From: Camelus ferus
Lineage: Eukaryota
Direction of reading: 5' to 3'
Assembly: GCF_009834535.1 (NCBI RefSeq)
Contig: NC_045697.1
Location: forward strand, 55,864,001-55,928,000
DNA: 64,000 nt
Below, piece by piece: positions 11,328 to 24,420 of this stretch. A program made the translations under genes and the position numbers. Position 1 is the stretch's first letter; every line of letters starts with the position of its first letter. The notes below the pieces were generated by a model that had not been told where the DNA came from, made no database searches, and saw only the letters and a list, made by a program, of their open reading frames with translations.

Positions 11328-12947
11328 CTGAACAGAAAAAAACAATTTTATATTATTATAATGCTCTCCATTTGAAAAGTATGCATATATTTTTGAATAC
11401 CACTTGCTCATAAGGCTCTTCAAAATGCTATAAGTAAGATAAAAAATTTTGATTGTTAATGGTTGCAATCATTTTAATCATGCAGATATAGTCCGTCTGA
11501 TGCTCTCCATTTCTATACATATATTAATAATAAAGTCAACAGGGAAATTTACAAATAAATTAAATGTAATTATCTCCTAGATAATTATTTTTAGATTTGA
11601 TATATCTCCGCTAGCAGGAACATATTCCTAAGTGGTTCTTTGATTTAAAAACATACAACATAGTTACCTTATTAAAAAACATTTTTGAAGAATTACTCCT
11701 AACATGCCCATGTTTGTGTATGTTGTGTTAGACGTAATAATTCTATACTGTATTGAGTTACATTTGAAAGAAAATTATTCTGATGTGGAACCTAACCAAA
11801 GAAGACTAGATATTAAAGTTCCAAGATTATTTCATTTTGAGGTAACCTAAATTTAAAATTGTCCAATGCCCTATTCATGGAGTAGTGTCACAAGAGTCAT
11901 TGTCACTGTAATACTATGGAGTTTAAAAAGAAACTACTATATCAGAATAAAACACTTCCCCTGAGTTGCTCCCAACTATGTAATTTAGATTAAACAGAAG
12001 TGAGATTTCCTAGCAGATCTAGTCTTTACTATGTAACAAGTCAATAGTATCACAAAATGCTAATGAACTAGCTATAATCAGGGTCTCCTCTATCTTTCTC
12101 TCGTAGGAAAAAAATGAAATTATAAAGACCAGTAGTTGACCATGTATGGAACAAGCACACATACACCTGGTGTTGGCATCTGTACAAAAAAATATTAATA
12201 CCTGGGACTAGTAGAAAGCTATTCAATTTGAACCTAAGTTGACATGTTAATGAAGTCTTACTAATGAGACCAAATACACAGAGTGAAAGAAAAGGACATC
12301 AGCAAAGTATCTCAGATCAGGAGACTCTTCATATATAAACATTCCTAATCAACCTAGTATCTTTTAGGAAAAAGGGCATTTTATTTTCCAGCTTGTTAAA
12401 GAAATGAGGTGATGCATCAGCAACCCTTCATTTAGATGCAGCTATTATTCCTCATGATCTGCCCTGAGATTTATTCCACAATTTACAATATGGAAATCAG
12501 TCAAAACTTATATATACATTGCTGAGGCTTTTTTAAAGAAAAATAAGAATTAACTTTAATATAAATCTACTTTTGCAGAAAATACGCCAACTAATCAAAA
12601 ATATTTTTAGATTTTGCTTCTACACTACACAAAGATATGCCTTCAGGGAATCATTCTGAAAAGATAATTTTTAAGCTTGTCAAACGACATTCATTATTTT
12701 TTATTTCTATCGGCTAGAAATGGTTTAGAATGTTAAACACCTGCACTGCAGATAGTGTTAACTAAGTATTTGAAGGCAAATGATAAAAAAGATTATCTCT
12801 TAACAGAGCACATTACCTAGTGAACAAGAGAAAGCAAAAGAACATTCAAGAGTAAGTGGTATCCCGTACTCTAATACCAGCAGTAAGAGAACATCAAGTT
12901 TTAGTCTTAATAGCAAATTCTGTAGACATTCAACTGCCTTATCTTAC

Positions 12948-13078
12948 AGTTCCATGTATATCATTGAATAAAGTGTCTCTGATCAAGTATTCTGCAGGTA
13001 GACTTTCTGAATATGTCACTAAACATGCATCTCTATGCACTGAGAAAATTTATGCTGATGGAGATGTGATGTTTCTAA
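12948..13078 (-). pseudogene. Fossil exon (131 nt), first EGF-like module
   Basis: Acceptor gctttttctttttctag|T, donor ACT|GTAAGA. Reads RNITSPSA*IFSVHRDACL and RCMFSDIFRKSTC in different frames; stops in all three frames. Confidence 0.55.
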
Positions 13079-13556
13079 CTAGAAAAAGAAAAAGCTCTTT
13101 AATCCCAAGGACATCATGTGTTTTTCCATTTATGGATGGACATTCTTAGCCTCCATTTTTCTTCTTTTAACAAGAGATTATTTTTTCTTCACATTTTCAC
13201 CTGCAGTGCCAGCCACAAATTTCTATTTTTTGAAAATAGTAACCATGTCACATGCCATGTGAACTATATACTGAAATATAGTAAAAATAGCCTGAGTACA
13301 TTTTTAAGCACAATGATAATCTGGATTTTTAAAATGACAGAAGGATCCTTTATGTTCAGCTGTGATCTTGTGCACATGTCAGTGTAAAGACAGTCCCCAG
13401 GAAGCCAATGAGATTTTTTTGTGTGTTTTGTTTTGTTGCTATTTCAAACTTCCAGCACTTGGTCATCTGTTACCATATGCAAGAATTAAAATATGAAATC
13501 TTCTGTGAATTGTTATTCTTTTTTTCAACTTCTTTTTCTCGTCTCTGCAACTGACA

Positions 13557-13690
13557 TGAATTCAATTCACACATACATTGAGGCACTGTTATGCGTTAGA
13601 CAGAGGTCTAGTTTACGGGGCAGAAAAATGAAGGAACCAAGCTTGGCCTTCAAGGACCTCAAAGTGAAGCAGGAAAGACAGATGCGTAAT
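13557..13690 (-). mobile_element. L2 LINE 3' fragment
   Basis: attcaattcacacatacattgag...cttggccttcaaggacctcaaagt. Confidence 0.7.
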
Positions 13691-14254
13691 GTGTCCAAAA
13701 TACCAAAATCATGAGAAAATTCCCTCTGGTAACACTTGGTGAGAGGGAATAATTTCCTTTTACATTCCTTTAATTTTTTAACATGATGTTTCTTGTGTAG
13801 CCAGTTTGTCTCTAAAACCTGAAACCCATTTTTGATCATCTAAAAACATACATAGCGAGATTTTGATTGCTTATTGGTTTACAGATAGATCTACTTCTAT
13901 AATGCTTATTTTCTAGTTCAAGACTAATAAGTATTTTAAGGCTAACCATGATTAGCTATTAATTTAACAGTTGTTACATTTGGGCAACAAGATAGTAAAG
14001 TCATACAGAAAGTGTTTTCAGTAAAAGGAGATAAAAATCATCAGTATCAAGCCACATAGGCTTTATTTGTGGCTATTGCTTATACAGGGAAATTTAAGTT
14101 ATATTTAATGAATGGAAAAAGTTAGTAGTCCAAATATAAATATGTAGGTATAAAAGTATAGTTGTACATAAATTAAACTTTAAAATATAAAACTATTGTA
14201 TATCTTCATGAAATGTATTTGCCATATTTTTTTTAAAAAAGGAAATATTGGTAG

Positions 14255-15365
14255 ATTTGAAACTCCATGTATTCTATTCATCTCATTCTTCTTTATTAAT
14301 GCACTCTAGAGGTGGTCTCCACTGCCTGGAATATGGTGTTCATCATATTCAGCAATTTCTCATATTTTATCTATATATGTATTTATAGAGAAAATGTAGT
14401 ATTAGTTGGCATGTTTCCTGTTATCATGTTTTATGAAAATAGTGTCTTTCTTATTTTGACTCTGTTTTTGAGACTTACTCCTATAAGTTATGTCTGCTGT
14501 TCATTCATTTTAAGAACTTTAATCCATTATATGAATGTACCACTATTTATGATATTTCAGTTAAATCATTCTGTTTGTGACAAACTAAGTTTCAGTAAAT
14601 GTTCTCTATATTCCCATTGTTCCCATGTGCTAGCGTTTACTTAGGGTGGTGGCTCCAAAGTGGTAAGAACAACTTTATTACTTAACTGGGAAATACTCAG
14701 CAAAATTTTCTAGGATCCTCTCCAGAGGAGTCTGGGACCATTTTTTAACTTGAGCTACCCAGATGTCTTTTAAGTCCAAGGAAGCAAAGGAAATGCAGCT
14801 CACGGACATATTCCTACAAGTAGAATTACAGGCGTGTTACTTTGCAAACTGGCCTCTTTACATGGAGGACAATGGGAGACCCAAGAAAGAGGCAGACTAC
14901 TGTAGATAGGCAGGTGGCAGGTTTAATAAGCAAGGGAACTTACATAGGAGCCTTGTCTTGGGCAGCCACAAGACAGATTTCTGGACCCCCAGCCCTGGCC
15001 AGAATCTTAAAAGTTTATATACAGGTATTAATGGATTCAGTCATATATACTGTCCAGATGGTCTCAATAACACACTGTTCTCTCAAGTCTCATCCTCAAA
15101 TATAGTTCCCACTGCGGGAACAGTGGGCAGAAGTACATTTCAAGGACAGGGATGGGAGTAAGGAACTTGTGATTGCCCTGGTCTAGCTCTTGAGTTAACC
15201 TGTGGTCATGTCCTCTCCATAACCTCCTCCAATACAAGGACTGTCTGACAAGATGGTCATCTTCACATTTATTAGGTAAAATCAAATTTTCCTCCAAAGT
15301 GGTTGTGCAGTTATTGGTCCACAAAAACTGCATGTGAGTTCACAATTCTCCAGATCTTGGCAACA
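14255..15365 (-). mobile_element. Old L1ME-type fragment, interrupted by an LTR
   Basis: ttcattcattttaa...ccattatatgaatgtaccac; atattcctacaagtagaatt [LTR] ...ttcctccaaagtggttgtgc... Confidence 0.65.
14835..15234 (-). mobile_element. ERV solo LTR (about 400 bp, Laurasiatherian type; family not assigned)
   Basis: Begins TGTT, ends CCAATA (about CCAACA); minus-strand TATATAAA near 15013-15020 and ATTAAA near 14922-14927; GC-richer than flanks; splits an L1ME fragment. Confidence 0.75.
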
Positions 15366-15371
15366 TCACTC

Positions 15372-15372
<1 letters not shown>

Positions 15373-15445
<73 letters not shown>
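15373..15445. repeat. Compound (TG)n(AG)n microsatellite
   Basis: Directly visible. Confidence 0.95.
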
Positions 15446-15446
<1 letters not shown>

Positions 15447-15599
15447 ACTGGATACCCTGAAATAGTTTAGATTTGCATTACTATTATTTCTTTCGAGATT
15501 GGTCATTTTCTCATGTACTTTTTATATTGAATGCTTACCTCATTTATTTTTACCTTTATTTTTAAGACATGCAGTCAGCTATAAGACATGCAGTCTCAA

Positions 15600-17065
15600 A
15601 TGCTGCCCATCATTCCATTAAGATTTAGATTCCAAAATACTGCTCTGCTCTCCAATACTACCTTTGCCATAAATTTTGGTAATTTTAATATCACATAAAT
15701 AATTCTTCCTATTGTCTGATTTCTCTCTCTCTCTCACTCTTCCCCCAACCTTTTTTTTCCCCACCTCTCCCCTTCAATTAATATACCCTGCATGCCATTT
15801 CAATCACCCTGTGATTATAGCTTACACCTTTACATTGCCAATAGCTTCACTACTTCCCTTACAATGTCAAGTGTTTTGCTCTTAAACTCTCATTTTCAAT
15901 CTTTCAAATACATTCTTTACAGTAATTCTTCACTGGAACAGGTCTTATCACCCATATATCCTTCCACTTTTTTTTTTTCTATTACTCACTACCATCATGT
16001 CCTAATTTTACTTTTAACCTATTGCTAATGCCATGGCCCATGAATATAATAACTTTCTGGAAATTTCTTTGATTTTCTCTTCTCACATCGTGCATTCACA
16101 ATGTTAACCATTGTCAAATCTAATTCTCCAGTAACTCATACCTGTACCCAAAGAGCTGACAAAGTGCTGAAAATCTACAAGCAAGTTTACTGCTCTCTCC
16201 TTGTATCTATCACCACTAAAATCAGTTATTAGTCTTCCAGCCTTACTGCATTTGCTCTTCCACTCTCCCAGATAATTATCTGTAACATGTTTCTCTCTTC
16301 AAGCCTCCACCACATATGCACCAGTCTTCTTTCTGACATTACTACTTACTGATAATAAAACGAGAAAAGAACACCCCCATGCTCCAATCAGGCTTCATCC
16401 ACATCCTTGCATCTGTGTCTACCTACCTTGTCTTTCCTCATGTTTGTCTGAATTACAATATTTGCTCTTATTTAAAATCAATTACCCTACTTGGAAATGG
16501 TATCATAATCATCAGACCTACTCAAGGAAATAATTCCAGCAATTATTACCATTTTTTTCTAAATCATCAGGATTTTTCCCCCAACTATGGATCACTCCAA
16601 CTAGAATTCATACCTGCTGTACAATATCTCTTCTTCAAAACAAACTATAAGTATCTCGACCTTAAAATTTCCCAAACCAAACTCCTGAATTTCTTTCCCA
16701 AACCTGCTCTTCTGCAGTGTCGTCTTTGTCCAAATGCTAACTCCTTTCTTGCAGTTGCTCTTAGCAAAAACCTTGGAATAATACTTGATCTATTCTTTAC
16801 TTCACATCTCACATCCATTTCATCAGAAAATTTTATCAAACCAATCTTCTCAGTAAATACAAAGTATAACCGATTCTCAGCACCTTTAATTTCGCTTTCC
16901 TATTCGAAACTCCCACTATCTTCTGCCTGGAGTTTTCTTAACTGGAAAGCTGCTTACATTCCCACTGCTTCCCACCTACAGACTATTTTCAACAAATCAA
17001 TTGGAGTGGTCTCTTTAAAATACAGATCAGAATATGTTATACCTATCTTACAGGGTCTGTAATGT
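15600..17065 (+). mobile_element. L2 LINE ORF2 remnants
   Basis: cttaaaatttcccaaaccaaactcctg...cccaaacctgctc...aaaaaccttggaataatacttgat; peptide LKISQTKLL...KNLGIILD matches the L2 ORF2 C-terminal region. Confidence 0.85.
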
Positions 17066-17669
17066 TCCACTGAGTAAATAAACCATCATTTATTTACTCA
17101 TTCTATTAACATTGTGCTTTTAAGATACTTTCATTTTTTAAAATATCATGGCAAAGAGCATTGTCATGCATATGATTTTTATTCAAATATGATTTATTTT
17201 GTTAGAAAATATTTCTAGAATTGGTATTAATGAGGTCAATCACTATCATGTTTTATCACTCTGCAAATAAATTGAACCTCTTCACAATAAACCTTCACTT
17301 ATACAAGTATCAATTTTAGCACACTCTTGCCAGCTTGGAACCTTGTAGTTTCTACTACATTGATCTAATTTAGGATCAATTAGTAGGTCAAAAATGTATA
17401 TTGAATCTTAATTTTTTTATATTTCTCAGATTGTGTTTTGTCTCTGCATACTAAGGTAATTTATATTTGTGGAATACTGTATTTTGCTTGTTTTATTAAA
17501 GTATAGTTTACAATATTATATTAGTTTCAGGAGTTGAATGCTATATTTTAAATTTAATTTTTGACATTGATTCTGCTGCTGCTGCTACTGATAATGACTA
17601 TCTTTCACAAACACTCTGAAGGGATTATAATTCTATTAAATTGAATTCTCCATCGATTGTTTTAAGTAG

Positions 17670-20405
17670 TGTTTTATTTTAAACATAGTGCACAGAGTTC
17701 CCATACATCCACCCCCAGTTTTCCCTGTTATTAACATCCTGCATTAGAATGGTACAGTTGTCACAATTAATAAACCAATACTGATACATTATTATTAACT
17801 GAAGTCCATAGTTTATCCAGATTCTCTTAGTTTTTGCCTAGTGTTCTTCTTCTCTTCTGGGATTCCATCCAGGATATCACATCCTTTTTACTCATCATGT
17901 CTCCTTAGGCTCCTATTTGACTGTGATACACTCTCAGGCTTTCCTTGTTTTGGTGAACTTAAAAATTTTAAGGAGTACTAGTCCCTCTGGGACATTTGGA
18001 TTAGCCTGATGTTTTTCTAATGATTAGACTGAGGATATGTGTTTTGGGAGGAAGATCAAAGAGATACAGTGCTATTTAATCACATAATATCAAAGGTATA
18101 TTTATACCAAAATGACTTATCACTGTTGATGTTAACCTTGATCACCTGGTTGAGGGAGTGTTTATCAGGTCCCTTGACTGTAAAGTTACCATAACCACTA
18201 CCACTCCCTCTTTCATACTGTACATTATAGAAGGAAGTCATTATGTGTAGCCCACATATAGGCTAAGGAGCTATGCTTCACTTAATTATCTACATAAATT
18301 ATTTGAAATTTTTCTGCACAAAATCTTTTTCTATTATCCTTCAGTTATTTATTTATTCAATCATATATTCATTTAGTATGGACGCCTAGATACATATTTT
18401 TTAAATTTTGGATTATAAGCCAAATCTACTTCATTTATTTTGTTATCAAATTTTTACAGCTTTGACTATTGGATCCTATGTCCCACTGACATATTCTTAT
18501 CATTGTGGTGTATTTTCTTTGTTTTTTGTTTGAGCACTTCCTTAATTTCTGTTACTATATGATGTCATGGGCCCATCTTGTATATTTCCTAACCCAGTCC
18601 TAGATCAGCCATTTCTCCAAGGATCCCTCCCTTTATTAGATAGAAGTATTTGAAACCAAGACCAGGGTGGTTAGTGTACTGGTTGCCACTAGGATTTCCA
18701 TCGCTTCTAGGCACTCTCAGCTGACAGAACAAGGCATTATATGTGTACATATTAACCTATGTATATATGCATATCTTCAAGTATTTCTATATGTAACCAT
18801 CTACATCCATAAGCTAAACATAAGTTCATACGGATGTCCCCAATTTTGATAGCTAGATCATATAATAAACTATAGTGTTTAGCTTTGTGAGAAACTGCCA
18901 AACTGTCTTCCCAAGTGGCCTTACAATTTTGATTCATTCTAGCAATGAATCAGAGTTCCTGCAAATCTGCATTCTCACCAGCAATTGGTATTGTCCATTT
19001 TTGGATTTTAGACATAAGAGTAGATACACAGTATAACTTTTTGTTGTTTTAATTTTGCAATTTTCTAATGATAAATGATGTAATGCATTGTTTCATATGC
19101 TTATTTACCATCTATATATCTTTCTTGGTGAACAGTCTGTTCAGATCGTTTGCCCATTTTTTAAATTGGATTGATTATTTTCTTGTTGTTGAATTTAAGG
19201 GAGTTTTGTATATTTTGAATGACAATCTTTTATCAGATATATGTTTTGCAAATATTTTCTCCAGGTCTATGGACAGTATTTTCATCCTCTTTACAAGAGA
19301 CTTTACAGAGCAGAAGTTTCTTAATATTTACCTACTTCTTTCTTTTATGAATTGTGGTTTTGGTGTTGTATCTAAAAACTCATAACCAAACTCAATGTCA
19401 TAGAGGTTTTCTTCTAGGTAATTGTCTAGAACTACTGTACTTTTAATTTTAGATTCAGATCTATGATTAATTTTTAGTTAATTTCTGTAAAAGGTAAAAT
19501 GTCTTTGTCTAGCTTTTTTGTTTGTTTGCATTTGGATGTCCAACTATACAAGTACCATTCGTTGAAAAGACTATTCTTTCTCAATTGAATTCCCATTGTT
19601 CATTTGCCAAAAATCAGCTGACTATATTGTGTGGTTCAATTATTATTCTTTCATCTTTTCTATAATCTATTTGTCCATTTTTTCACATATAATATGCTAT
19701 ATTGATTACTGAAGCTTAAGAGTAAATAAGCCTTGAAGTTAGTGTGAATCCTTCAACTTTGTTCCTCTTTTTCAGTATTGTGTCAGCTATTCTAAGACAT
19801 CATTTTCTATATACACTTTCAAAATTAGATTGCAAATATCTACAAAGTGTTTGTTTGAATTTTGACTGGAATTGTGATGGACAAAAAGAAAAAATTAGGA
19901 AGAACTAACACCATAACAGTATTAAGTCTTACAATCCACGAACATGGATTATCTCTCCATTTTTAAAAATCTTTTGTTTCTTCCATTTGAGGTTTCTACA
20001 TACAAATCCTCCACATATTTTATTAGATTTACACCAAAGTGTTTCACATTTTGGTGCTATTATTATAAATGGCATCGTTTTCAAATGTCCAATATTTCAT
20101 TGTTGGCATTAGGAGGCAACAGACATTTTTACATTAACATGGGATTCTATAACCTTTTTCTATGGCTGACTAGTTGTAAGATGTTCTATTTTGTCAATTC
20201 TTTGAGATCTTCTACATGAGCAATATGTCAACCGAAAAAAACTATACAGTTTTATTTATTCTTTTCCATTCAAAGTGCATTTTATTTCCTTTCCTTGACT
20301 CACTGTCTCTGCTAGGACTGCCACAACAATGTTGGATAGGAGTGGTAAGAAAGGACGACCTTGCCTTGTTCCTGATCATGGGGAAAACCATCCAGTTTCT
20401 CAACA
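17670..20405 (-). mobile_element. L1MC-type 3'UTR and distal ORF2
   Basis: cagagttcccatac...ccaatactgatacattattattaactgaagtccatagttt; gaaactgccaaactgtcttcccaagtggc; gttgaaaagactattctttctc. Confidence 0.85.
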
Positions 20406-20409
20406 CAGA

Positions 20410-20980
20410 AATTGTTTTCTTGTTTATTTGTAATATTCTTTGCATGAGACAGGAAGGCTAAAGAAGGCTGGAGAGCAGAGAAGTGCCCTTTCTCTGTTAA
20501 AGTCTATTTTCCCTCAAGAAGAGGTCTTTTTATGTAGAATGCACTGGACATATTTAACAATTACTCATCCCCCTCCCTTCAGAGAGCCACGAAAGCTTTC
20601 GTGGATTTTCATTATGATTGCTACTTGAGATTTTTAGAGGTAAAAGCCATGTCTGTGGACCCTCTAAATTTGAGGCCCCCAGGAGCTTCTCACTCTCATG
20701 CTAGTACATACTCAGGCTCCAGAAATTAATAAAAAATTGTCATTCAAGTATTCCCACCAGTTTCTGGCTCCAGGGGGTTCTGTTGCTAGTAAGTAGGTCT
20801 CAGCTATGACTCTGGTTTCAATGCTCATCTGACTCAGGCTGATGATTCACTCTGTAACTTTAGTTCTCTGACAGATCCAAGAAATGTTGTTAATTTTTCA
20901 CTTTATTCAGTTTTTTTCTTTTTGTAAGAACAGAAGTGATAACTTCCAAGTTCTTTACATATTGGAGCTGACATCAGATA
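20410..20980 (-). mobile_element. Old L1M/L1MC 5'-end
   Basis: gaagtgataacttccaagttctttacatattggagctgac is the reverse complement of the remembered L1MC-type 5' terminus; ccaggagcttctcactctcatgctagt. Confidence 0.7.
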
Positions 20981-20994
20981 TTTTCAACAATGTC

Positions 20995-21360
20995 TGGATT
21001 CTGGAGTCAAATCATCTGGATTCAAGTTCAAGCTTTTCCCTCTCCTCCCCACCCTTTCACTTTCCTTCTTTTTTTTTCTCTCTCCCTCTCTCTTTCCCTC
21101 TTTCCTCCACACACCCCAAATCTCATTCTCTTCATCTGGTAAAGTGGAGATGAAAAATAACAACTCTTCTCCCTACCTCACAGTTAGGATTATATTATTC
21201 AAGTACCTAAATACTATTAATTTGTTAACAGTTATAGCATTTTACAAAATGAGTAATAAAAATAATATATAGCTACTATTTATTAAGCATCTCCTATAAT
21301 CAGACAATGTAATAACTGAATCACAAGCATTATCTCACTTAATTGTCACAAAATTCTTGT
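20995..21360. mobile_element. Two MIR fragments (+ with CT-rich interruption, then -)
   Basis: tctggagtcaaatcatctggattcaagt...cttcatctggtaaagtggagat...cctacctcacag; agctactatttattaagcat...cattatctcacttaat. Confidence 0.7.
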
Positions 21361-21699
21361 GTATTAATGTGCGAGTCCTCAAGATGTGTTGCAAAGGTTC
21401 AGGTCCCTCACACATATCCAAACTAAAACTAAGCACATTATTCCACCCCCTGGGGTGCTATTCAGATTTATACTATAGCATTGGTCTTTGAATCTGATAA
21501 ACAGCTACAGTTATTTATCCAAATAAATATTGAGAAAACATCTTAGCAAAAATAAGGAACAAGAAGATATTGTTCCCTATTCCAGTATTTTCAGGGTAGT
21601 GGTCAGAAGACTGAATTTACACTAAAGATGTCATTTCTTTCTTTTCCCTTCTTCATTTGCTTTTTATTCTTCTACAATTTTTTCATTTGTGCCCAGCAT

Positions 21700-21960
21700 T
21701 TGAAAATTAAAAGAACTCTCAATATATTTGGATCAATGTCCAAATCTTGTTTTCTCTTGAAAAGTTAGAGGACCTGGCAAATCTGGATCCACATTCCTTT
21801 CTAGCAAAAATCAGTTGAAAATTATGTGTGGCTGCTCTCTAGGCAGGTCATTTGCACTTCAATTCACCACAGTCCTTACCATTTCCTATATTAACACTCA
21901 AATTTCCCTCAATATGTTGGTTTACTTTCCTATTCCAGGTAAACAAGAGAGTTTTTATCC
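21700..21960. mobile_element. MER102-like hAT-Charlie fragment
   Basis: ttctcttgaaaagttagaggacctggcaaatctggatccacattcc...tggctgctc...ttcaccacagtccttacca. Confidence 0.7.
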
Positions 21961-22639
21961 TAACATTTCAGTCCTTTGAGTTGAACTGAAGTTTTAATCT
22001 AAACACCCATGCCTATTTGAGTTGTCAATCAACATAACAATGGAAATCATACGCTGATGCCTGAAATAGAGCCAATAGCTGACTTTTTTGCCCCTTCCTT
22101 GCTTACCAGCAATTGGAGCATCAGTCATACAACATAATTAACATGACAAATGAGCAACTGACTAGGGCTTTCCAATGCTTCAGGAACTGGCAGAAACAAA
22201 CAAAATCTAAAGAAGTCACTCAGATTAGAGACTATGCATCTGCTGTCACCTTATCTTCAGAGCCCTTGTCCTTGGGTCCTATCCCTCCATATTCAGAAAG
22301 TCATATCATCCACGACTCTGCAAAATGGTTGAATAGGCTGTGAATGGTGAAGTCTCATGGTCTGCTGAGACCACTGAAAGTGGTTATACATTGTAGTTAT
22401 TTAGTTCTATCAGAATCCTTTTAGTTAAATGTAACAAATTTCTTTCTAAATGACAAGTATTGGGATTGTTACATTTTTATGTCCCCAAACACATTAAAAA
22501 AAAAAAAAAAGGCAAAAGGACACTGCATAAGATTAGGACCTAATCTCTCATTAGGTTGTCAGAACCAAGGAAAGAAGCCTATGCTAGACAAAAACCTTCT
22601 AATACCCCAGCCTTATCCAGGAATGGATAAGAATGGTAT

Positions 22640-22927
22640 AAATATTGCATTTTATAGGTGTGTAACCCTGGGCTCAGAGATGCTAAGTGAGTTTTCCAAG
22701 GTTATACAGTAGTAGTAGTGAGTAGTCCACAGGCTTTGGGTTAGTCTTGAGTTCTTAGCCTGACATTATCATTTTTCAGCCCTTTGCAAAATTATTTTAA
22801 TTCTCTTAGGCTCATTCACTTCATCTCTAAAATAAGTGCATCCATACCCACTCCATAGGGTTATCCTCATGACTAAATAAATAAGGCCTATAAGCACTTA
22901 ACCTAGAGTCCCAAGCACATTAATAAA
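22640..22927. mobile_element. Adjacent MIR fragments in opposite orientation (- 22640-22716, + 22722-22927)
   Basis: cattttataggtg...ggctcagagatgctaagtg...ccaaggttatacag; cttcatctctaaaat...catagggttatc...taagcacttaac. Confidence 0.7.
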
Positions 22928-23230
22928 AGGAAAAACAAATCGTACGGCTATTTGGTTTAATGTATTTCATTTATCTTCACTAAATATTTGTTAATTAATT
23001 CACCAATATTTTACAATTTTTAAAAGTCAGATCTATATTTCTTAACTATATAAACAGATTTAAGTTTTACTTTGTATATAGGGTAAACAGTGGCACATAT
23101 GCATGTATGCATAAAACTCAAAACCAAATAAACCTAAAACTAAAACCAAGTGGACAAACGAGAAATCACCAAGTTCAAATATCTTGCTATCAGGCTCATA
23201 AAGCAGTACTGAGCTCATTTGGAGACATAC

Positions 23231-23441
23231 TGTCCAGATGCCAACACTGAGGCTCCTACATAAAGCTGTTAAGTGAAAATGAGAGAAATTCTTCAGTGGT
23301 CCGGTGGACTGCTGTACCCTCTGTATGCTAACTTAACAAAACACAACAGATGGAAACATCAGGAAACACTAGAGCGGGAGTGTGTGCCTGTATGCTTATG
23401 TTGGTGTGGGAAGCTTACATGTATCATCCCACTTAACTGAG
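23231..23441 (-). pseudogene. Fossil exon (211 nt), EYS-like N-terminal region, part 3
   Basis: Acceptor ctgattatttttttgccaacag|C, donor ACA|GTATGT. Reads QLSGMIHVSFPHQHKHTGTH...LCRSLSVGIWT versus EYS (recalled) RLKGMHTVNSKWLSVGTHYF...PCPLGLRLNVTV. Confidence 0.55.
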
Positions 23442-23771
23442 CTGTTGGCAAAAAAATAATCAGTGGGAAATGCAGAGTGATTCCAAATTGAACAAATCAA
23501 TATTTTAAAACTTTACAGAAAAGGTAAGTGTCAACCTGTCCTGATGGCAGATCAGATGGCAAATGTAGCTTTGCGTATTGCTAATTCAATTAAAGCCTGA
23601 ATCAATAACTGCCAATATTTAGAGTGATGTGTTATGGATTATTAAAATGAGATGCAACTTAACTTTACAAATTAGATGTCAAAAGCAAAGTAAGAAAAAT
23701 CTATGTAAAATATAGTGAAAGTAGGATTGCTAAGCAGTTTTTATATCATATATCTTTTATTCAGTCAAGTA

Positions 23772-24420
23772 CTCATTGATCAATTCCTTCAACAAATATG
23801 TACTGTGAACCTATTACCTGTATGTTTTAGTCTCAGGGGATAAATTAGTGAAAATAGAGTCTCTGCCCAAAAGGAACTTACATGCTGGTAGAGTCACTCA
23901 GACAATTAGCAAATAAATACTTAAATATATAACATCATTTCAGAGTAAAGAGAAAATGACTGATAGGCAGAAATATTTTGATAGAACAGTTTTGGAAGAA
24001 ATGATATCTAAGCAGAGGTAAATAATGTGAGAAGAAGCACAATGCAAACATCCAGGTTAAAAATATTCCAGGAAGTGTAAAGAGGAAGAATATGGAGAAA
24101 GAGACTGGTGTATTTAAAGTATATTAAGCTGCCTTGAGCAGTGACAGCAATGGAGAGAAAATGAGACGGAGTTAAGGAGTTAGATGGGGGGACTGAATCT
24201 GGTCCTCAAATACAGTGGAGTTTATATTTCATTGTAATGTGATAAGAAGCAACTGGGGGTATGTAAGCATAAAAATAACATGAAGTAATTCATTTTAAAA
24301 ATAAATATATTATTAAATATTGTATGGAGAATTGCCCAAAGGAGGCAGTACTGGAGTCAAAGATACCAGACAAGAGGCTGCTGCCACATACACATGACAA
24401 CTGAAGGTCATCTCCTTCCA
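23772..24420 (-). mobile_element. L2 LINE 3' fragment
   Basis: ttccttcaacaaatatgtactg...gagtctctgccc...ggaacttaca...ggagtcaaagataccagacaagaggctgctgc. Confidence 0.8.
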
